Source: Octopus sinensis (taxonomy: Eukaryota). Taken from it: a stretch of 64,000 nt of DNA. Both the position numbers and the translations under genes were made by a program. Location: NCBI RefSeq assembly GCF_006345805.1, contig NC_043022.1:6324001-6388000 (forward strand). The letters are read 5' to 3'. Positions 63,390 to 64,000 of the stretch are shown piece after piece. The first letter of the stretch is position 1. Each line of letters opens with the position of its first letter. The notes under the pieces were generated by a model. The model had not been told where the DNA came from. It saw nothing but the letters and a program-made list of their open reading frames with translations, and ran no database searches.

Positions 63390-63965
63390 TAGCGAGCTGG
63401 CAGAACCGTTAGCATGCCGGGCGAAATGCTTAGCGGTATTTCGTCTGCCGCTACGTTCTGAGTTCAAATTTCGCCGAGGTCGACTTTGCCTTTCATCCTT
63501 TCGGGGTCGATTAAATAAGTACCAGTTACGCACTGGGGTCGATATAATCGACTTAATCCGTTTGTCTGTCCTTGTTTGTCCTCTCTGTGTTTAGCCCCTT
63601 GTGGGTAGTAAAGAAATAGGTATTTCTTCTGCCGCTACGTTCTGAGTTCAAATTCCGCCAAGGTCGACTTTGCCTTTCATTCTTTCGGTGCCGATTAAAT
63701 AAGTACCAATTACGCACTGGGGTCGATATAATCGACTTAATCCGTTTGTCTGTCCTTGTTTGTCCTCTCTGTGTTTAGCCCCTTGTGGGTAGTAAAGAAA
63801 TAGGTATTTCGGCTGCCGTTACGTTCTGAGTTCAAATTCCGCCGAGGTCGACTTTGCCTTTCATCTTTTCGAGAGTCGATAAAATAAGTACCAGTGACAT
63901 ACTGGGGTCGATGTAATTGACTTAACCCCCTACCCCAACTTGCTGGCCTTGTGGCAAAATTTGGA
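63390..63965 (+). mobile_element. SINE array: two type B units ending in an older type A unit
   Basis: Junctions AAAGAAATAGGTATTTC; terminal tail CTTGCTGGCCTTGTGGCAAAATTTG. Confidence 0.88.
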
Positions 63966-64000
63966 GCCCATGTTTAGTTATGACCGTCTGTGTTCTGAGC

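Overview
Eukaryotic, AT-rich, repeat-saturated genomic DNA with one 100-N scaffold gap (383-482). The SINE families and microsatellite density are those I recall from octopus genomes, so a coleoid cephalopod (probably Octopus) is inferred but not verified. Two spliced plus-strand genes can be assembled by hand with consistent splice phases. Gene 1 (exons 12799-12942, 17487-17682, 19082-19169) encodes a 135-aa secreted prohormone/neuropeptide-like precursor with a signal peptide, KR/RR sites, two Cys and a terminal Gln-started peptide; I cannot assign it to a known family. Gene 2 (exons 41315-41393, 47806-48472, 51266-51470) encodes at least a 312-aa basic, largely disordered protein of unknown function. 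The rest is mobile DNA: several tRNA-derived SINE families, two full-length decayed mariners and a mariner MITE, Merlin-like foldback elements, Helentron/HINE-like elements, CR1, RTE and R4/RLE-type LINE fragments, Penelope-like remnants with minimal hammerhead ribozymes, a solo-LTR-like element, and a 3.1-kb (GGTGGCAGT)n array. The most unusual signals are the orphan prohormone gene, a SINE subfamily that inserts at GGT sites (including inside its own relatives, with TSDs up to 128 bp), and an LTR end carrying stacked LTR-terminus plus tRNA primer-binding-site units. No prokaryotic features or CRISPR arrays were seen. Almost all long ORFs in the supplied track are microsatellite artefacts.
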